This document shows, in pieces, positions 39,427 through 50,330 of a stretch of DNA of 64,000 nt. The notes under the pieces were generated by a model that was given only the letters and a program-made list of their open reading frames with translations, had not been told where the DNA came from and searched no databases. Positions within the stretch are counted from its first letter, which is position 1. Each line of letters starts with the position of its first letter. Source of the stretch: Anaerolineae bacterium (lineage in GTDB: Bacteria > Chloroflexota > Anaerolineae > UBA1429); NCBI GenBank assembly GCA_963675785.1, contig OY776562.1:2272001-2336000 (forward strand), read 5' to 3'. A program made the translations under genes and the position numbers.

Positions 39427-40728
39427 TCAGTGATATTCGGGCAGATACTCGCCGTGGGCCTCGATCAAATCATCGCACAGAGAGACGATTTCGTCGATAG
39501 TCAGCTCGGATGCCGTGTGCGGATCGAGCAGGGCAGCATGATAGATGTGTTCTTTTTTGAGTGTCAAAGCCGCCTCGATGGTCAGCTCGTGCACGTTCAC
39601 ATTGGTACGCGTGAGAGCCGCACACTGGGGTGGCAGGTCGCCTACATAGGTTGGGGTGATGCCGTTTTTATCGGCCACACACTTGACCTCGACGCAACAG
39701 TTATTCGGTAGATTGGTAATGAGCCCCGTATTCGGCACGTTACCCCCAAACACATAAGGGTTGCCGGTTTCAATGGCCTCAAAGATATAGGAAGCATACT
39801 CGTGTCCGCGCTCGTGGTGCAGAGGCTCTTCTTTGAGCAAGCCCTGACGCATTTCCTCCCAGCCGTTGATCTGCTTGATACAGCGTCGCGGATATTCGTC
39901 CAAGGGAATGTGGAAACGGTCAATGAGCTCGGGATGATCGGCCTTGATAAACCAGGGCGTATACTCGGCACTGTGCTCACTGGATTCGGTCACGTAATAG
40001 CCAAAGCGCTTCATCAGCTCGAAACGCACGGTGTCTTTGTAGTTATATTCTGGCAGTTGAGCGCGACGCTTGATCTCGGGGTAGAGGTCCTCGCCATCAC
40101 GATTGATTTCCAGCAACCAGCCCTGATGGTTGACGCCAGCAATCTTCCAATCGATGTTATCAGAGGACAGGCCGACGCGTTCGCACAGGCCGGGGGCGCA
40201 AACCTGCACACTGTGGCACAGGCCCACCACATTCACGTTGGTGGCCTTTTGCAATGCGCCAGTGAGCATGGCCATGGGGTTGGTATAATTGATCAATAGC
40301 GCATCGGGCGCTACTTCTTCGATGATGGCACAATAGTCGAGCATCACAGGGATGGTACGCAGCGCCCTAAAGATACCGCCAATACCCAGGGTGTCGGCAA
40401 TAGTCTGGCGCAAGCCGTACTTTTTGGGGATCTCGAAATCGATGACTGTGCTGGGTTCATAACCGCCTACTTGAATAGCATTGACAATGTAATCGGCGCC
40501 GGCCAGTGCCTGAGGGGCATCCTTCGCCAGATAGGAAGAAATGCTGGCCGAAGAGCCGATGGTACGGTTGATATTCTTGAGCATCACTTCAGAAGCATGC
40601 AAGCGCTCAGGATCGAGGTCGACCAGGGCGATCTCGGCATTACGCAGTGGTTCGGCATGCAGGCAATCGCCCAATACCTGGCGCGCAAAAACAGTGCTGC
40701 CCGCCCCTAAAAATACAATCTTGGCCAC
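39427..40728 (-). CDS. melA: GH4 NAD+/Mn-dependent alpha-galactosidase (MelA-like)
   Basis: FLGAGSTVF, QTIADTLGIGGIFRALRT, NYTNPM, GLCHSVQ, TESSEHSAEY; GTG start at 40728 after GGAGG. Confidence 0.9.
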   Translation of the reverse strand: MAKIVFLGAGSTVFARQVLGDCLHAEPLRNAEIALVDLDPERLHASEVMLKNINRTIGSSASISSYLAKDAPQALAGADYIVNAIQVGGYEPSTVIDFEIPKKYGLRQTIADTLGIGGIFRALRTIPVMLDYCAIIEEVAPDALLINYTNPMAMLTGALQKATNVNVVGLCHSVQVCAPGLCERVGLSSDNIDWKIAGVNHQGWLLEINRDGEDLYPEIKRRAQLPEYNYKDTVRFELMKRFGYYVTESSEHSAEYTPWFIKADHPELIDRFHIPLDEYPRRCIKQINGWEEMRQGLLKEEPLHHERGHEYASYIFEAIETGNPYVFGGNVPNTGLITNLPNNCCVEVKCVADKNGITPTYVGDLPPQCAALTRTNVNVHELTIEAALTLKKEHIYHAALLDPHTASELTIDEIVSLCDDLIEAHGEYLPEYH

Positions 40729-40747
40729 GTTGTGCCTCCTACTGTAC

Positions 40748-41776
40748 CTATAACTTGATCTCGACTGATCGGCCCGTCTCTGCGCTCTCGATGGCGCCGA
40801 GCACCATGGCCAAACTCTTAATATTGTCCGAAGCGATGGTCTCGGGCACTCCGCCATTACGCACGCAATCCAGAAATTCACGGATGCAGCCAGCGTGTCC
40901 GCCCTGCTTTTCAGGCTCAGGTGATGCTGGCACCTCGAGCGGCTCCATCTCATAACGGAATCCCTCGGCACGTAAAACAGCCTCAGCCCGAAAAGAAGTG
41001 GCGCCATCCCACAATGCGGAACCCTGGGTACCCACACCGCGCCAGTCACACTCCCAGGTGGTATTCATGCCCTCAGCGCACCAGCTACCGCGATAGGTAT
41101 ACACCAAACCGTCGCTCATGGTAAATATGGCTACCGCCGAAGCATCCTGGTCATACCAAGAACCCTGGGGATTCCACTCGTAACAATAGACGGACACCGG
41201 ATCGGCCCCCGAGATGAAACGAGCCTGGTCAAAAGTGTGGATAGCCATATCCAACAACAACACGTGCTTCATGTTGTCGCGGAAACCGCCAAAGTGCGCG
41301 CCAATGTAAAAATCGCTATTGAGCGTAGTCAGATCACCCAGGCGCCCACCCCGACACAGTGCCCCCATACGACGAATCTGTGGGTCGTAGCGACGATTCT
41401 GCATCACCGCAAAAAGGCGCCCTGCTTTCTCGGCTGCCTCGATGAGAACGCGAGCATTCTCCATAGAATCGGCCAACGGCTTTTCAGAGAGTACATGACA
41501 ACCATGTTCCAATGCAGCCAGGGTTACATCGCGATGAGCTGCCGGTATGGTGCAGTTGAATACCACATCGGGGTTCAGTGTATCCAGCGCTTCGGCCAAG
41601 TCTGTGGTGATCAGTGGATCGCCTCTGCTCCATTCTTTGGCTCGCGTGGCCGCAGCAGCCTCTGCCAAATCCACAAAGCCAACCAGTTCGACGTTATCCA
41701 TATCCTGAAGCGCTTTAATCCAGGTACTCGTGATACCGCCGCAGCCCACTAGCACGGCGCGAATTGTTTGTGGCAT
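40748..41776 (-). CDS. Gfo/Idh/MocA family NAD-dependent oxidoreductase
   Basis: LVGCGGI, HVLSEKPLA, QNRRY, LLDMAIHTFD. Confidence 0.9.
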   Translation of the reverse strand: MPQTIRAVLVGCGGITSTWIKALQDMDNVELVGFVDLAEAAAATRAKEWSRGDPLITTDLAEALDTLNPDVVFNCTIPAAHRDVTLAALEHGCHVLSEKPLADSMENARVLIEAAEKAGRLFAVMQNRRYDPQIRRMGALCRGGRLGDLTTLNSDFYIGAHFGGFRDNMKHVLLLDMAIHTFDQARFISGADPVSVYCYEWNPQGSWYDQDASAVAIFTMSDGLVYTYRGSWCAEGMNTTWECDWRGVGTQGSALWDGATSFRAEAVLRAEGFRYEMEPLEVPASPEPEKQGGHAGCIREFLDCVRNGGVPETIASDNIKSLAMVLGAIESAETGRSVEIKL

Positions 41777-41936
41777 GTTTTCCCCTCTAGTACATAGCCT
41801 GGCCTCAATGACCAGTGGACGACTTGTCATCTCGGCCGATTATATCGCAACGCTTGCTCCATACAAGACGCTGCTTGCATTTCACTACGGTCAAAGTATA
41901 GTGGTGCCAGCTAGCCATGCAAGAGCGGGGGAGGCC

Positions 41937-44009
41937 ATGACTGATCTATTACAGGATGCCAGATGGATTTGGTCCTCTGGCGAGAAAACCAACCATTATG
42001 TGCTTTTTGCCCGAACAATTCCCGGCCCTGTGGTTGCACTCAAGGCCGAGATTTCAGCATCGAGCTACTATGAGCTCTATGTGAACGGCAAGTTCGTCGG
42101 GCGCGGCCCAGTGTACGGCGATCCACAGTGGGTTCAAGTGGATGAATATGACCTGGGCACATTCCGCGGCGACGTGCAACTGGCCATTGTGGCCCATCAC
42201 GAGAGCGGTATTCGCTTGGCCAGCGTGATGGAGGCCCCTGGTGGTTTCATCGGGCGCTTTAGCGCCAACGGGCAGACCCTCGTCACCGATGCCAGCTGGA
42301 AATGTCTGGACTTGCTCATGTGGCGTGATGGCGTCGAGCGGCGCGGTTGGGCCCTGGGTTATTGCGAGGACTATGATGCCCGCCTCGAACCCGAGGGTTG
42401 GACTGACAAATGTTTTGATGAGGCCATGACCGAGAATTGGCCGAATGCCGTGCTGGTGCCGGATCAAGAACACATCTGGGCCAATTACACGGCACGCATT
42501 GTGCCTTATCTAAAGCGCCGCATGGCCATGCCATTGTCTTTCAAAGCCTGGCAGGCACCAGGCCCAAGTGCAGCGGATATTGCCGAGGTATCCAACACCT
42601 GCGATACCGAAGAACTCGTGCCCCTCAACGACTGGGCACCTTTTAGCCTCAAGGCCTTTAACGAAACGCTGGGCACGGCCAACGCCTTTACCTTTGACCT
42701 GGGTAAAGAGCGCATCGGCTATTACGCCATCACCGTTCAGGCACCGGCCGGCACAATCATCGAACTCTCTGGCGCCGAGCTGCTGCGTGAGGGCCGTCCC
42801 TGGATATTCCGCAAGGGCACGCGCTATTCAGTGCGCTATGTCTCTCATGAGGGCCCGCAGACCTTTACCAGTTTCAGTTGGAACGGATTCCGCTACCTGC
42901 ACCTGGTGATTCGCGGCCAGGTTGACCAAGTCTCAATTCAGAAAATCGGCTGCCTGCAAAAGATGGCCTCGCTTACCCCAACCTATGCAGTTCATTTGGA
43001 CGACAAGCGTCTCAAGGAGTTGTTCGACCTCTGCGCCTATACGCTACGAATGGGCGTGCAGGAGCATCTCATCGACTGCCCCACGCGCGAACAGGCCCAA
43101 TACTGGGGCGACGGCGTCTTTATCGCCGAGAGCATTCGCGTTGGCTTTGGTTGCGACGCCTACCTGCGCTGGTATCTAGAAGCCTTTTTGCACGTGCCCC
43201 TCAACGAGAACGGCAACATCAACTGCATCTATCCGGGCAACCACACCAGCCTGCTGGATTATTCGCTCATTCCCATGATCGGCCAACAATTCTGGAAGGC
43301 CGCCTATGGCACGTATTATCAGGCACGGGCCACCCTGGAAAAAGGCCTTGCCCTCAAAAAGTGGTACGATGCCAACACCAACGAGCTGGGCTTGCTTGAT
43401 TTTCCTTACGAGGAATATGCCCAGCGCGGCCTGCGCAACTTTATCGACCATCCCGGCGTGGGCTGGCACAACTTTCCACATCCGGGCATCGAACGCGATG
43501 GCGTTAGCGCCCCTTTGAACGCTTTTTATTATAATTACTGTCGGGTATTGGCCGATATAGCTCAAGAACTAGACGATCCCATTGCGCACGACCTGGAAAA
43601 ACAGACACGACAAATTGGCCATGCTCTGGTCAAGCACCTTTATGATGGCCAGGTGTTCCATGACACCGTCAAAGATGACGTCCTCTCTGAGGGTACTGCC
43701 TGGCAGACCAACGCTTTGGCCGTGAACTTTGGTCTATTGACAGGCGAACGCGCACGTGTGGCCATGCAGGCCATGCTGGATGGTTATGACAAGCTGTGTC
43801 GCTGTTCACCCTATTTCCACTTTTTCTTCTTGCCCGCGCTGCGTAAGGCTGGCCTGCAAGATGAAGCACTTGTCTTGATCAAGAAAGAATGGGGACAGAT
43901 GCTGGATGGTGGTGCAACCACCACCTGGGAGGGTTTCCTGGGCGATGCCCTGGATTCGCTCTGCCATCCCTGGTCGACCGCCCCCTTCCTCTATCTATTA
44001 CGTAAATAG
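41937..44009 (+). CDS. GH78-like alpha-L-rhamnosidase family glycoside hydrolase
   Basis: YELYVNG, FDLG, GFRYL, DCPTREQAQYWGD, GATTTWE, SLCHPWS; ATG 41937 after GGAGG. Confidence 0.85.
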   Translation: MTDLLQDARWIWSSGEKTNHYVLFARTIPGPVVALKAEISASSYYELYVNGKFVGRGPVYGDPQWVQVDEYDLGTFRGDVQLAIVAHHESGIRLASVMEAPGGFIGRFSANGQTLVTDASWKCLDLLMWRDGVERRGWALGYCEDYDARLEPEGWTDKCFDEAMTENWPNAVLVPDQEHIWANYTARIVPYLKRRMAMPLSFKAWQAPGPSAADIAEVSNTCDTEELVPLNDWAPFSLKAFNETLGTANAFTFDLGKERIGYYAITVQAPAGTIIELSGAELLREGRPWIFRKGTRYSVRYVSHEGPQTFTSFSWNGFRYLHLVIRGQVDQVSIQKIGCLQKMASLTPTYAVHLDDKRLKELFDLCAYTLRMGVQEHLIDCPTREQAQYWGDGVFIAESIRVGFGCDAYLRWYLEAFLHVPLNENGNINCIYPGNHTSLLDYSLIPMIGQQFWKAAYGTYYQARATLEKGLALKKWYDANTNELGLLDFPYEEYAQRGLRNFIDHPGVGWHNFPHPGIERDGVSAPLNAFYYNYCRVLADIAQELDDPIAHDLEKQTRQIGHALVKHLYDGQVFHDTVKDDVLSEGTAWQTNALAVNFGLLTGERARVAMQAMLDGYDKLCRCSPYFHFFFLPALRKAGLQDEALVLIKKEWGQMLDGGATTTWEGFLGDALDSLCHPWSTAPFLYLLRK

Positions 44010-44019
44010 GAGTTCGCAC

Positions 44020-47000
44020 ATGACAACTGAGGTCCTTCGCCCCAACGACTGGGAGAATCCCCGCGTTTTCGAGCGCAACAAAGAGCGCCCACATACAACG
44101 TTGATCCCCTATTCCGATATCGAAACGGCGCGCAACTGCGAACGTTACCGCTCAGAGTGGGTCGAGCTGCTCAACGATGACTGGAAGTTCGCTTACGCTG
44201 GCACCCCCAAAGAGGCTATCGAGGACTTTTGGAAAGCCGATTTCGACGTCTCAGAGTGGGACGACATCGAAGTGCCCGGCTGCTGGCAAATGCAGGGGTA
44301 TGATATCCCCCGCTACAAGAACGTCGGCTGGCCCTTTGACCCCAGCAATTGTCCCAAGATTCCCGAGGACGACAATCCCGTCGGCTCGTATGTCACCACC
44401 TTTGAGGTGCCCGAGGAATGGGCCGGGCGACGCATCTTTTTAACGTTCGAAGGTGTGGAATCAGCGGCCTATGTCTGGCTGAACGGCCAAGAGGTTGGGT
44501 ATACCCAGGATAGCCGTACGCCAGCCGAGTTCAATATCACGCCATACCTGCGCGAGGGCGAAAACACCCTGGCCGTGCGCGTCTACCGCTTTTCTGACGG
44601 CAGCTATCTGGAAGACCAGGATCATTGGCGCTTTAGCGGCATCTATCGCGACGTGTACATCTGGGCCGCGCCTTTGGTGCACATCCGTGATTTCAGCGTG
44701 CGCACTACCCTGGATTCTGCTTTTGTCGATGCCGACCTGGAAATCCGCGCCGACGTCATCAACTATGGGCAGGAGGACGGCCAGTATCGGCTGGAGGCGG
44801 CACTCATCGATCCCAATGGTGAGATGCTCTGCACTCTTGAACAAGACCTGGTCGCACGGGCTGGCGTTGAGCGCACCATAACGCTGACTACGCTGGTGGA
44901 AGCGCCCGAACTGTGGACCGCCGAGACACCTACCCTTTACACCCTGTTGCTGGCCCTATACGACGCTCAGGATGAGTTGATCGAGATGGAAAGCACGCAC
45001 ATTGGATTCAAAGATGTGCGCATTGCCGACGGCCAACTGCTGGTCAACGGCAAGCCCATCATCCTCAAGGGCACCGATCGTCACGACCACGACGCCTGGA
45101 CGGGCAAGACCGTGGATGAAGAAGACATGCTGCAGGACGTACTGCTGATGAAGCAGTTCAACCTCAATGCTGTACGCACCTCTCACTATCCCAACGATCC
45201 CTTCTTCCTGGATTTATGCGATCTCTTTGGCCTCTATGTCATCGACGAGGCCAATCAGGAAGCTCACGGCGATCTGACTCTGGCAGACAATCCGCTGTGG
45301 AAAGACGCTTTCGTGGCTCGTGTGGAGCGCATGATCGCCCGTGACAAAAACCATGCCAGCATCATCATCTGGTCGCTGGGCAACGAATCGGGCAACGGCT
45401 CCAACATCGAGGCTGAAGGCAACAAAGCCCGCGTCATGGATCCCACCCGCCCCATCCAGTGGGAACCTGTCATGCGAACCGAAGGCTTCCAATCGCGCGT
45501 GAGTGACTTTTTGCCGCCCATGTACCCTACAATCGAGCGCTTGGTCGAGCTTGCTACCAACGAGGATGACCGCCCCGTTTATATGTGCGAATATGCCCAC
45601 TCCATGGGCAACAGCACTGGTAATCTCAAAGAATATTGGGATGCCATCTACAGCCACAAGCGCCTCATCGGCGGTTTTATTTGGGACTGGATCGATCAGG
45701 GCCTGGCTATGGAAGATGAGGATGGCACGGCCTGGTTCGCCTACGGCGGCGACTGGGGCGACGAGCGTCATGACGGCAATTTCTGCATCAATGGCCTAAT
45801 TTCGCCCGATCGCGTGCCCCATCCGGCCTTGTACAACTATGCCAAGATCATCCAGCCGGTGCTCATCGAGGCCGAGAACCTGGACGCGAACAAAGTACGT
45901 ATTACCAACCGCTACAACCATATCGATCTATCGCACCTCACGCTCACCTGGGATTTGGTAGCTGATGGAGACATACTACAAGTTGGTGGCATTGAAACGC
46001 CTTCCCTGGCCCCCGGCGAATCCGCCATCATCGAGATTCCCCTGGACAAAGTGCCTCTGGAGGCCGGCACCGAATACTGGCTGACGATCATGTTCTCGCT
46101 GACCGAGGAGACCATGTGGGCCGAGGCAGAACATGTCGTGGCCTGGGAACAGTTCCTTATGCCCTATGCCGTGCCGGTTACACCTGAGCTAGTCTTGGAT
46201 GATATGCCCAAGCTGGCTCTGGCCCGCAAGGAAGATGCCATCACCGTTACTGGCAGCGACTGGGTAGCCGTTTGGTCTTGCAGCGAGGGCAAGCTCATCA
46301 GCCTGGTCAAAACAGGCGTCGAATTACTCGAATCGGGCCCGCAGTTCAACGTCTGGCGCGCCCCCACCGATAACGACGCCCGTCGCTTGGAGGGCGAATG
46401 GATCGAGGCGGGCTTGGATGCGCTGGTACACCGCGTCATCTCTTGCAGCGCCGAACAGCTTAATGACCAGGTAGTGCAGGTACACATCGGCACACGCATC
46501 GCCGCAGATAATGTGGCTCGCGGGTTCGATTGCCAGTACACCTACACCGTATACGGCAGCGGCGATATCGAACTGACCACCCATATCATGCCCAACGGCG
46601 AGCTACCCACCCTGCCGCGCATCGGCCTGCAAACCGTACTGTTGCCCGAATTCGACACCTTTATCTGGTACGGGCGCGGCCCCGGCGAGACCTATCAGGA
46701 TCGCAAAGACGATTCCCCCGTGGATATCTATGAGGGTTCGGTGGATGATCAGCATGTCGATTACGTCATGCCCCAGGAGAACGGCAATAAAACCGACGTA
46801 CGTTGGGCGGCGTTGTGCAACGAGGAGGGCATCGGCCTGCTGGCCATTGGCTCTCCGCTGATGGAAGTGAGCGTCCACCATGATGACATGATGGGCCTCA
46901 CCGCTGCCAAGCACATGAACGAGATCCCCTGGAAAGAGACAGTTGAGTTCAACATGGACCTGGTACAATCCGGATTGGGTGGTGAAAGCTGCGGCCCCGG

Positions 47001-47118
47001 CACCCTGCCGCAGTACCTGGTGCCAGCAGTAGAAACCCTTTGGAGCACGCGCTTGCACCTGCTGGGCGGTGAAGATGATCCAATCATGATCGCCAAAGAG
47101 AATTTGCCCAAAATCTAG
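44020..47118 (+). CDS. lacZ: GH2 beta-galactosidase (LacZ-type)
   Basis: FEGVESA, YLEDQDHWRFSGIYRDV, NAVRTSHYP, WSLGNESG, CEYAHSMGN, GGFIWDWIDQ, PQENGN. Confidence 0.9.
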   Translation: MTTEVLRPNDWENPRVFERNKERPHTTLIPYSDIETARNCERYRSEWVELLNDDWKFAYAGTPKEAIEDFWKADFDVSEWDDIEVPGCWQMQGYDIPRYKNVGWPFDPSNCPKIPEDDNPVGSYVTTFEVPEEWAGRRIFLTFEGVESAAYVWLNGQEVGYTQDSRTPAEFNITPYLREGENTLAVRVYRFSDGSYLEDQDHWRFSGIYRDVYIWAAPLVHIRDFSVRTTLDSAFVDADLEIRADVINYGQEDGQYRLEAALIDPNGEMLCTLEQDLVARAGVERTITLTTLVEAPELWTAETPTLYTLLLALYDAQDELIEMESTHIGFKDVRIADGQLLVNGKPIILKGTDRHDHDAWTGKTVDEEDMLQDVLLMKQFNLNAVRTSHYPNDPFFLDLCDLFGLYVIDEANQEAHGDLTLADNPLWKDAFVARVERMIARDKNHASIIIWSLGNESGNGSNIEAEGNKARVMDPTRPIQWEPVMRTEGFQSRVSDFLPPMYPTIERLVELATNEDDRPVYMCEYAHSMGNSTGNLKEYWDAIYSHKRLIGGFIWDWIDQGLAMEDEDGTAWFAYGGDWGDERHDGNFCINGLISPDRVPHPALYNYAKIIQPVLIEAENLDANKVRITNRYNHIDLSHLTLTWDLVADGDILQVGGIETPSLAPGESAIIEIPLDKVPLEAGTEYWLTIMFSLTEETMWAEAEHVVAWEQFLMPYAVPVTPELVLDDMPKLALARKEDAITVTGSDWVAVWSCSEGKLISLVKTGVELLESGPQFNVWRAPTDNDARRLEGEWIEAGLDALVHRVISCSAEQLNDQVVQVHIGTRIAADNVARGFDCQYTYTVYGSGDIELTTHIMPNGELPTLPRIGLQTVLLPEFDTFIWYGRGPGETYQDRKDDSPVDIYEGSVDDQHVDYVMPQENGNKTDVRWAALCNEEGIGLLAIGSPLMEVSVHHDDMMGLTAAKHMNEIPWKETVEFNMDLVQSGLGGESCGPGTLPQYLVPAVETLWSTRLHLLGGEDDPIMIAKENLPKI

Positions 47119-47133
47119 TCCGAAAGAACCTGT

Positions 47134-47160
47134 AGAGGGCGGCCATGTGCCGCCCTCTTG
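47134..47160 (+). terminator. Hairpin/terminator after the GH2 gene
   Basis: AGAGGGCGGC-CATGT-GCCGCCCTCT with a weak U tail. Confidence 0.55.
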
Positions 47161-47227
47161 TCATCTCTGCTTGTTATTCTTTCCGTGATACAGTAGAACA
47201 CTCGTAAGATTGCCTGGGAGGAGCATC

Positions 47228-48562
47228 ATGAGAGACGCTTGGCGTTGGTTCAATCATGCCAAATTCGGCTTTTTCATACATTGGGGTGCTTATGCTTGCG
47301 TGGGCCGGGGAGAGCAAGCCCTTTTTCGCGATCACCTCGACCAAGAGGAATACGCCCGCACGGCCTGCGCCTGGAACCCATCCTCGTTTGACGCCCGCCG
47401 CTGGGCCGAGATAGCCAAGCGTTCCGGAGCACGCTATGCCGTGCTCTCCACCCGTCACCACGATGGCTTTTGTCTGTGGGATTCGGCCTATACCGATTAC
47501 AGCACTGCCAAGCAAGCCGCGGGGCGCGACTTTGTACGTGAGTATGTGGAAGCCTTCCGTGCCGCCGGTTTGCGTGTCGGGCTCTATTACTCGCTAGCTG
47601 ATTGGCGCATCCCCGCCTACTGGGATAGCAATGCCGATCCGCAAGGCTGGGAGACCTTTAGCCAATACGTGCACAACCAGGTGCATGAACTCCTCAGCAA
47701 TTACGGTAAAATCGACGTTATCTGGTTCGATGGCGCCTGGCCCCACACCCAGGGCGAATGGCAGAGTCACGAACTGGTCGAGATGATCCGCTCCCTGCAG
47801 CCCGATATCCTCATCAACAATCGTCTGGGCGTCCCCGATGAGGGCCCTGAGCAGATAGCGAGCGACACCATGGGCGTCGGTCAAAGTCTCGCACTGGGTG
47901 ATTTTGGCACACCAGAGCACCAGATCATCGCTGATCCCGAGCGCCTGTGGGAATCCTGCCAGGTGAGTACCTGGCGTCTGTGGGGTTACACCACTGGGGA
48001 ACACTGGCGCTCGTCCGAGCTGCTCCTCGACTTTTTGGTAGAGTCGGCCAGCATGGGCGGCAACCTGCTGCTAAACGTTGGTCCTACTCCTGAGGGCGAG
48101 TTTCCTCAGCCCTTTGTCGAGCGAGCCGAGGCCATCGGCCGCTGGCTGGAAGTGCATGGCGAGTGCATCTATGACGCCAGTGAAGGCGACTTGTGCGAGT
48201 TCATCACATACGGTCGGCAAATCTTGAAAGGCAACACGCTCTACCTGGTTATTCGCTTTTGGGATGGCAGCGGCCAGGTGCGTCTGGCAGGCATCACCAC
48301 GCCTCTGCTAAAGGCAGAACTGCTCACCACCGGTCAAACCGTACCCTTTGTCCAAGAGGATGAGTCTATCATTATCAGCGGGCTGCCCCTGGAGCGTCCC
48401 TGCGAGCTGTTTCCAGTCATCAAACTCACCTTTGCCGAACGCCCCCAAACAGCCGCTTGGGTCAAGGATAGATTGTGGCAAGGTGATCCTCGCCGTATGA
48501 CCGATTGGGCCGCAGCCCGAGGCACTTCGGTGTGGGCCGACGGACGCCCACGGGAGGAGTGA
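47228..48562 (+). CDS. GH29 alpha-L-fucosidase
   Basis: KFGFFIHWG, RHHDGFCLW, GLYYSLADW, IWFDG, GNLLLNVGP. Confidence 0.9.
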   Translation: MRDAWRWFNHAKFGFFIHWGAYACVGRGEQALFRDHLDQEEYARTACAWNPSSFDARRWAEIAKRSGARYAVLSTRHHDGFCLWDSAYTDYSTAKQAAGRDFVREYVEAFRAAGLRVGLYYSLADWRIPAYWDSNADPQGWETFSQYVHNQVHELLSNYGKIDVIWFDGAWPHTQGEWQSHELVEMIRSLQPDILINNRLGVPDEGPEQIASDTMGVGQSLALGDFGTPEHQIIADPERLWESCQVSTWRLWGYTTGEHWRSSELLLDFLVESASMGGNLLLNVGPTPEGEFPQPFVERAEAIGRWLEVHGECIYDASEGDLCEFITYGRQILKGNTLYLVIRFWDGSGQVRLAGITTPLLKAELLTTGQTVPFVQEDESIIISGLPLERPCELFPVIKLTFAERPQTAAWVKDRLWQGDPRRMTDWAAARGTSVWADGRPREE

Positions 48563-48563
48563 C

Positions 48564-50297
48564 ATGCGCTATATAACCCATACGGCCGATTTGTGCGTCG
48601 TCGGCGGCGGACTGGCCGGCATGTGCGCAGCCATCTCGGCGGCGCGCCACGGCGCCAGCGTGGTGCTCATGCAGGATCGGCCTGTGCTGGGCGGCAATGC
48701 CTCCTCCGAGATTCGCATGTGGCTTTGCGGCGCCCATGGCAGCAACCATCGTGAAACCGGCCTGGTGGAAGAGATCGAGCTAGAGAACACTTACCGCAAT
48801 CCCACCAAGAATTACGCCCAATGGGATGCCCTGCTGTGGGAAAAGGCGCGCGGCGAGCCCAACATCAACCTCCTGCTCAACTGCTCCTGCAATCAATGCC
48901 AGATGGACGGCCAACGCATCGCCTCGATCACTGGCTGGCAGGGCACCGCCGAGACCTGGCATACGGTACAAGCCACCAACTATGCCGATTGTTCCGGCGA
49001 CTCCATCTTGGCTCCCCTCACCGGTGCTGAGTTTCGCGTCGGGCGTGAGGCACGCAGTGAGTTCGGCGAGTCCATCGAGCCTGAGCAAGCCGACAACCGT
49101 ACCATGGGCATGAGCTGCCTGCTGCAAGCCCGCGAGACTAATTCGCCGCAGATCTATGTGGCCCCGCCCTGGGCCAAGGTGTACGAGAGCGACGACGACC
49201 TGCCCTATCGCGACCACACCCTGCCCGACAGCAACTTTTGGTGGATTGAGCTGGGCGGCGAGGCCGATTCCATCCACGACACCGAAACCCTGCGCGACGA
49301 GCTGCTGGCCGTGGCCTTTGGCGTATGGGATCACATCAAAAATCGCAGCGACCACGGTGCCGATAACTGGGCGTTGGATTGGGTGGGCTTTTTGCCCGGC
49401 AAGCGCGAGAGCCGTCGCTATGTGGGCGATTACATCGTCAATCAAAACGATGTCGAGGCCGGTGGCCCCTTTAGCGACGTAGTAGCCTATGCCGGCTGGA
49501 CTATGGACGACCACAATCCCGCTGGCCTGGCTCATCTCGGCGAGCCCAATATCTTTCACCCGGCACCCTCGCCCTGGGGTATTCCTTACCGTAGCCTCTA
49601 TTCGCGCAACATCGCCAATCTCTTTTTCGCCGGGCGTAACATCAGCGTTAGCCACGCCGCCCTCTCTTCCTCGCGGGTGATGAAAACCTGTGCCTTGCTG
49701 GGCCAGGCCGTAGGCACGGCAGCAGCCATCGCCACGAAAAAAGCATTGACGCCGCGTGGCGTGTATGAGCAAGCCCTGTCCCAATTGCAACAAACCCTCA
49801 TGGAGGACGATTGCTGGTTGCCCGGTCTAAAGCGCCGAATCTCGCCCCTCACGGTGGAAGCAACCTTATCCGCCTCTGGAGACAATCCCGAGCCCTTGCG
49901 TAACGGCCTGGATCGCCCCATCGGTGAAGATGATAATAGTTGGTCGGGACCACCGAATAGTTATGTCGAGTATCGTTTCGCCAACATGCGGCACGTGGGC
50001 CAGTTGCGGTTCATCTTTGACAGCGACCTAAACCGCCCTGGTGAGGACCACCGTATGCGCTGTAGCTACCCATTGAACGCCCAACCCACTCAGGTGGCCA
50101 CAAGCCTGCTCAAGCGCTTTGCCGTGTACGCCGAAACTGCAGAGGGGGACTGGCGCGAGGTTGCCCGCCTGGACGACAACCATCAGCGCTTGGTGCGCCT
50201 CGCCGTGGATTGCGAGACCACTGCCCTGCGCTTTGTACCCCTGGAGACCTGGGGAGCGCCCCTGGCCCACGTTTTTGCTTGGGATATGCAAGAATAG
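48564..50297 (+). CDS. FAD-dependent oxidoreductase (FAD_oxidored family) with C-terminal beta-sandwich
   Basis: VVGGGLAG, LGGNASSEIR, DCSGD, KRESRRYVG, IPYRSLYSRNIANLFFAGRNIS. Confidence 0.85.
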   Translation: MRYITHTADLCVVGGGLAGMCAAISAARHGASVVLMQDRPVLGGNASSEIRMWLCGAHGSNHRETGLVEEIELENTYRNPTKNYAQWDALLWEKARGEPNINLLLNCSCNQCQMDGQRIASITGWQGTAETWHTVQATNYADCSGDSILAPLTGAEFRVGREARSEFGESIEPEQADNRTMGMSCLLQARETNSPQIYVAPPWAKVYESDDDLPYRDHTLPDSNFWWIELGGEADSIHDTETLRDELLAVAFGVWDHIKNRSDHGADNWALDWVGFLPGKRESRRYVGDYIVNQNDVEAGGPFSDVVAYAGWTMDDHNPAGLAHLGEPNIFHPAPSPWGIPYRSLYSRNIANLFFAGRNISVSHAALSSSRVMKTCALLGQAVGTAAAIATKKALTPRGVYEQALSQLQQTLMEDDCWLPGLKRRISPLTVEATLSASGDNPEPLRNGLDRPIGEDDNSWSGPPNSYVEYRFANMRHVGQLRFIFDSDLNRPGEDHRMRCSYPLNAQPTQVATSLLKRFAVYAETAEGDWREVARLDDNHQRLVRLAVDCETTALRFVPLETWGAPLAHVFAWDMQE

Positions 50298-50330
50298 TCG
50301 TGACAAACAGAGAACATAGGAGCCGCTAAC

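Noticed and set aside
39427-41049. Long N-terminal extensions in the ORF track for GH4 (41049), GH78 (41730), GH2 (43906), truB (22509) and paralogue 1 (51331)
   Set aside because: The extensions overlap neighbouring real genes; downstream starts with good RBS match the family N-termini
48780-49793. Long antisense ORFs (e.g. 48780-49793, 56170-57033, 33926-34756, 52039-52812)
   Set aside because: They are shadow frames opposite well-supported genes in GC-biased sequence and carry no recognisable motifs
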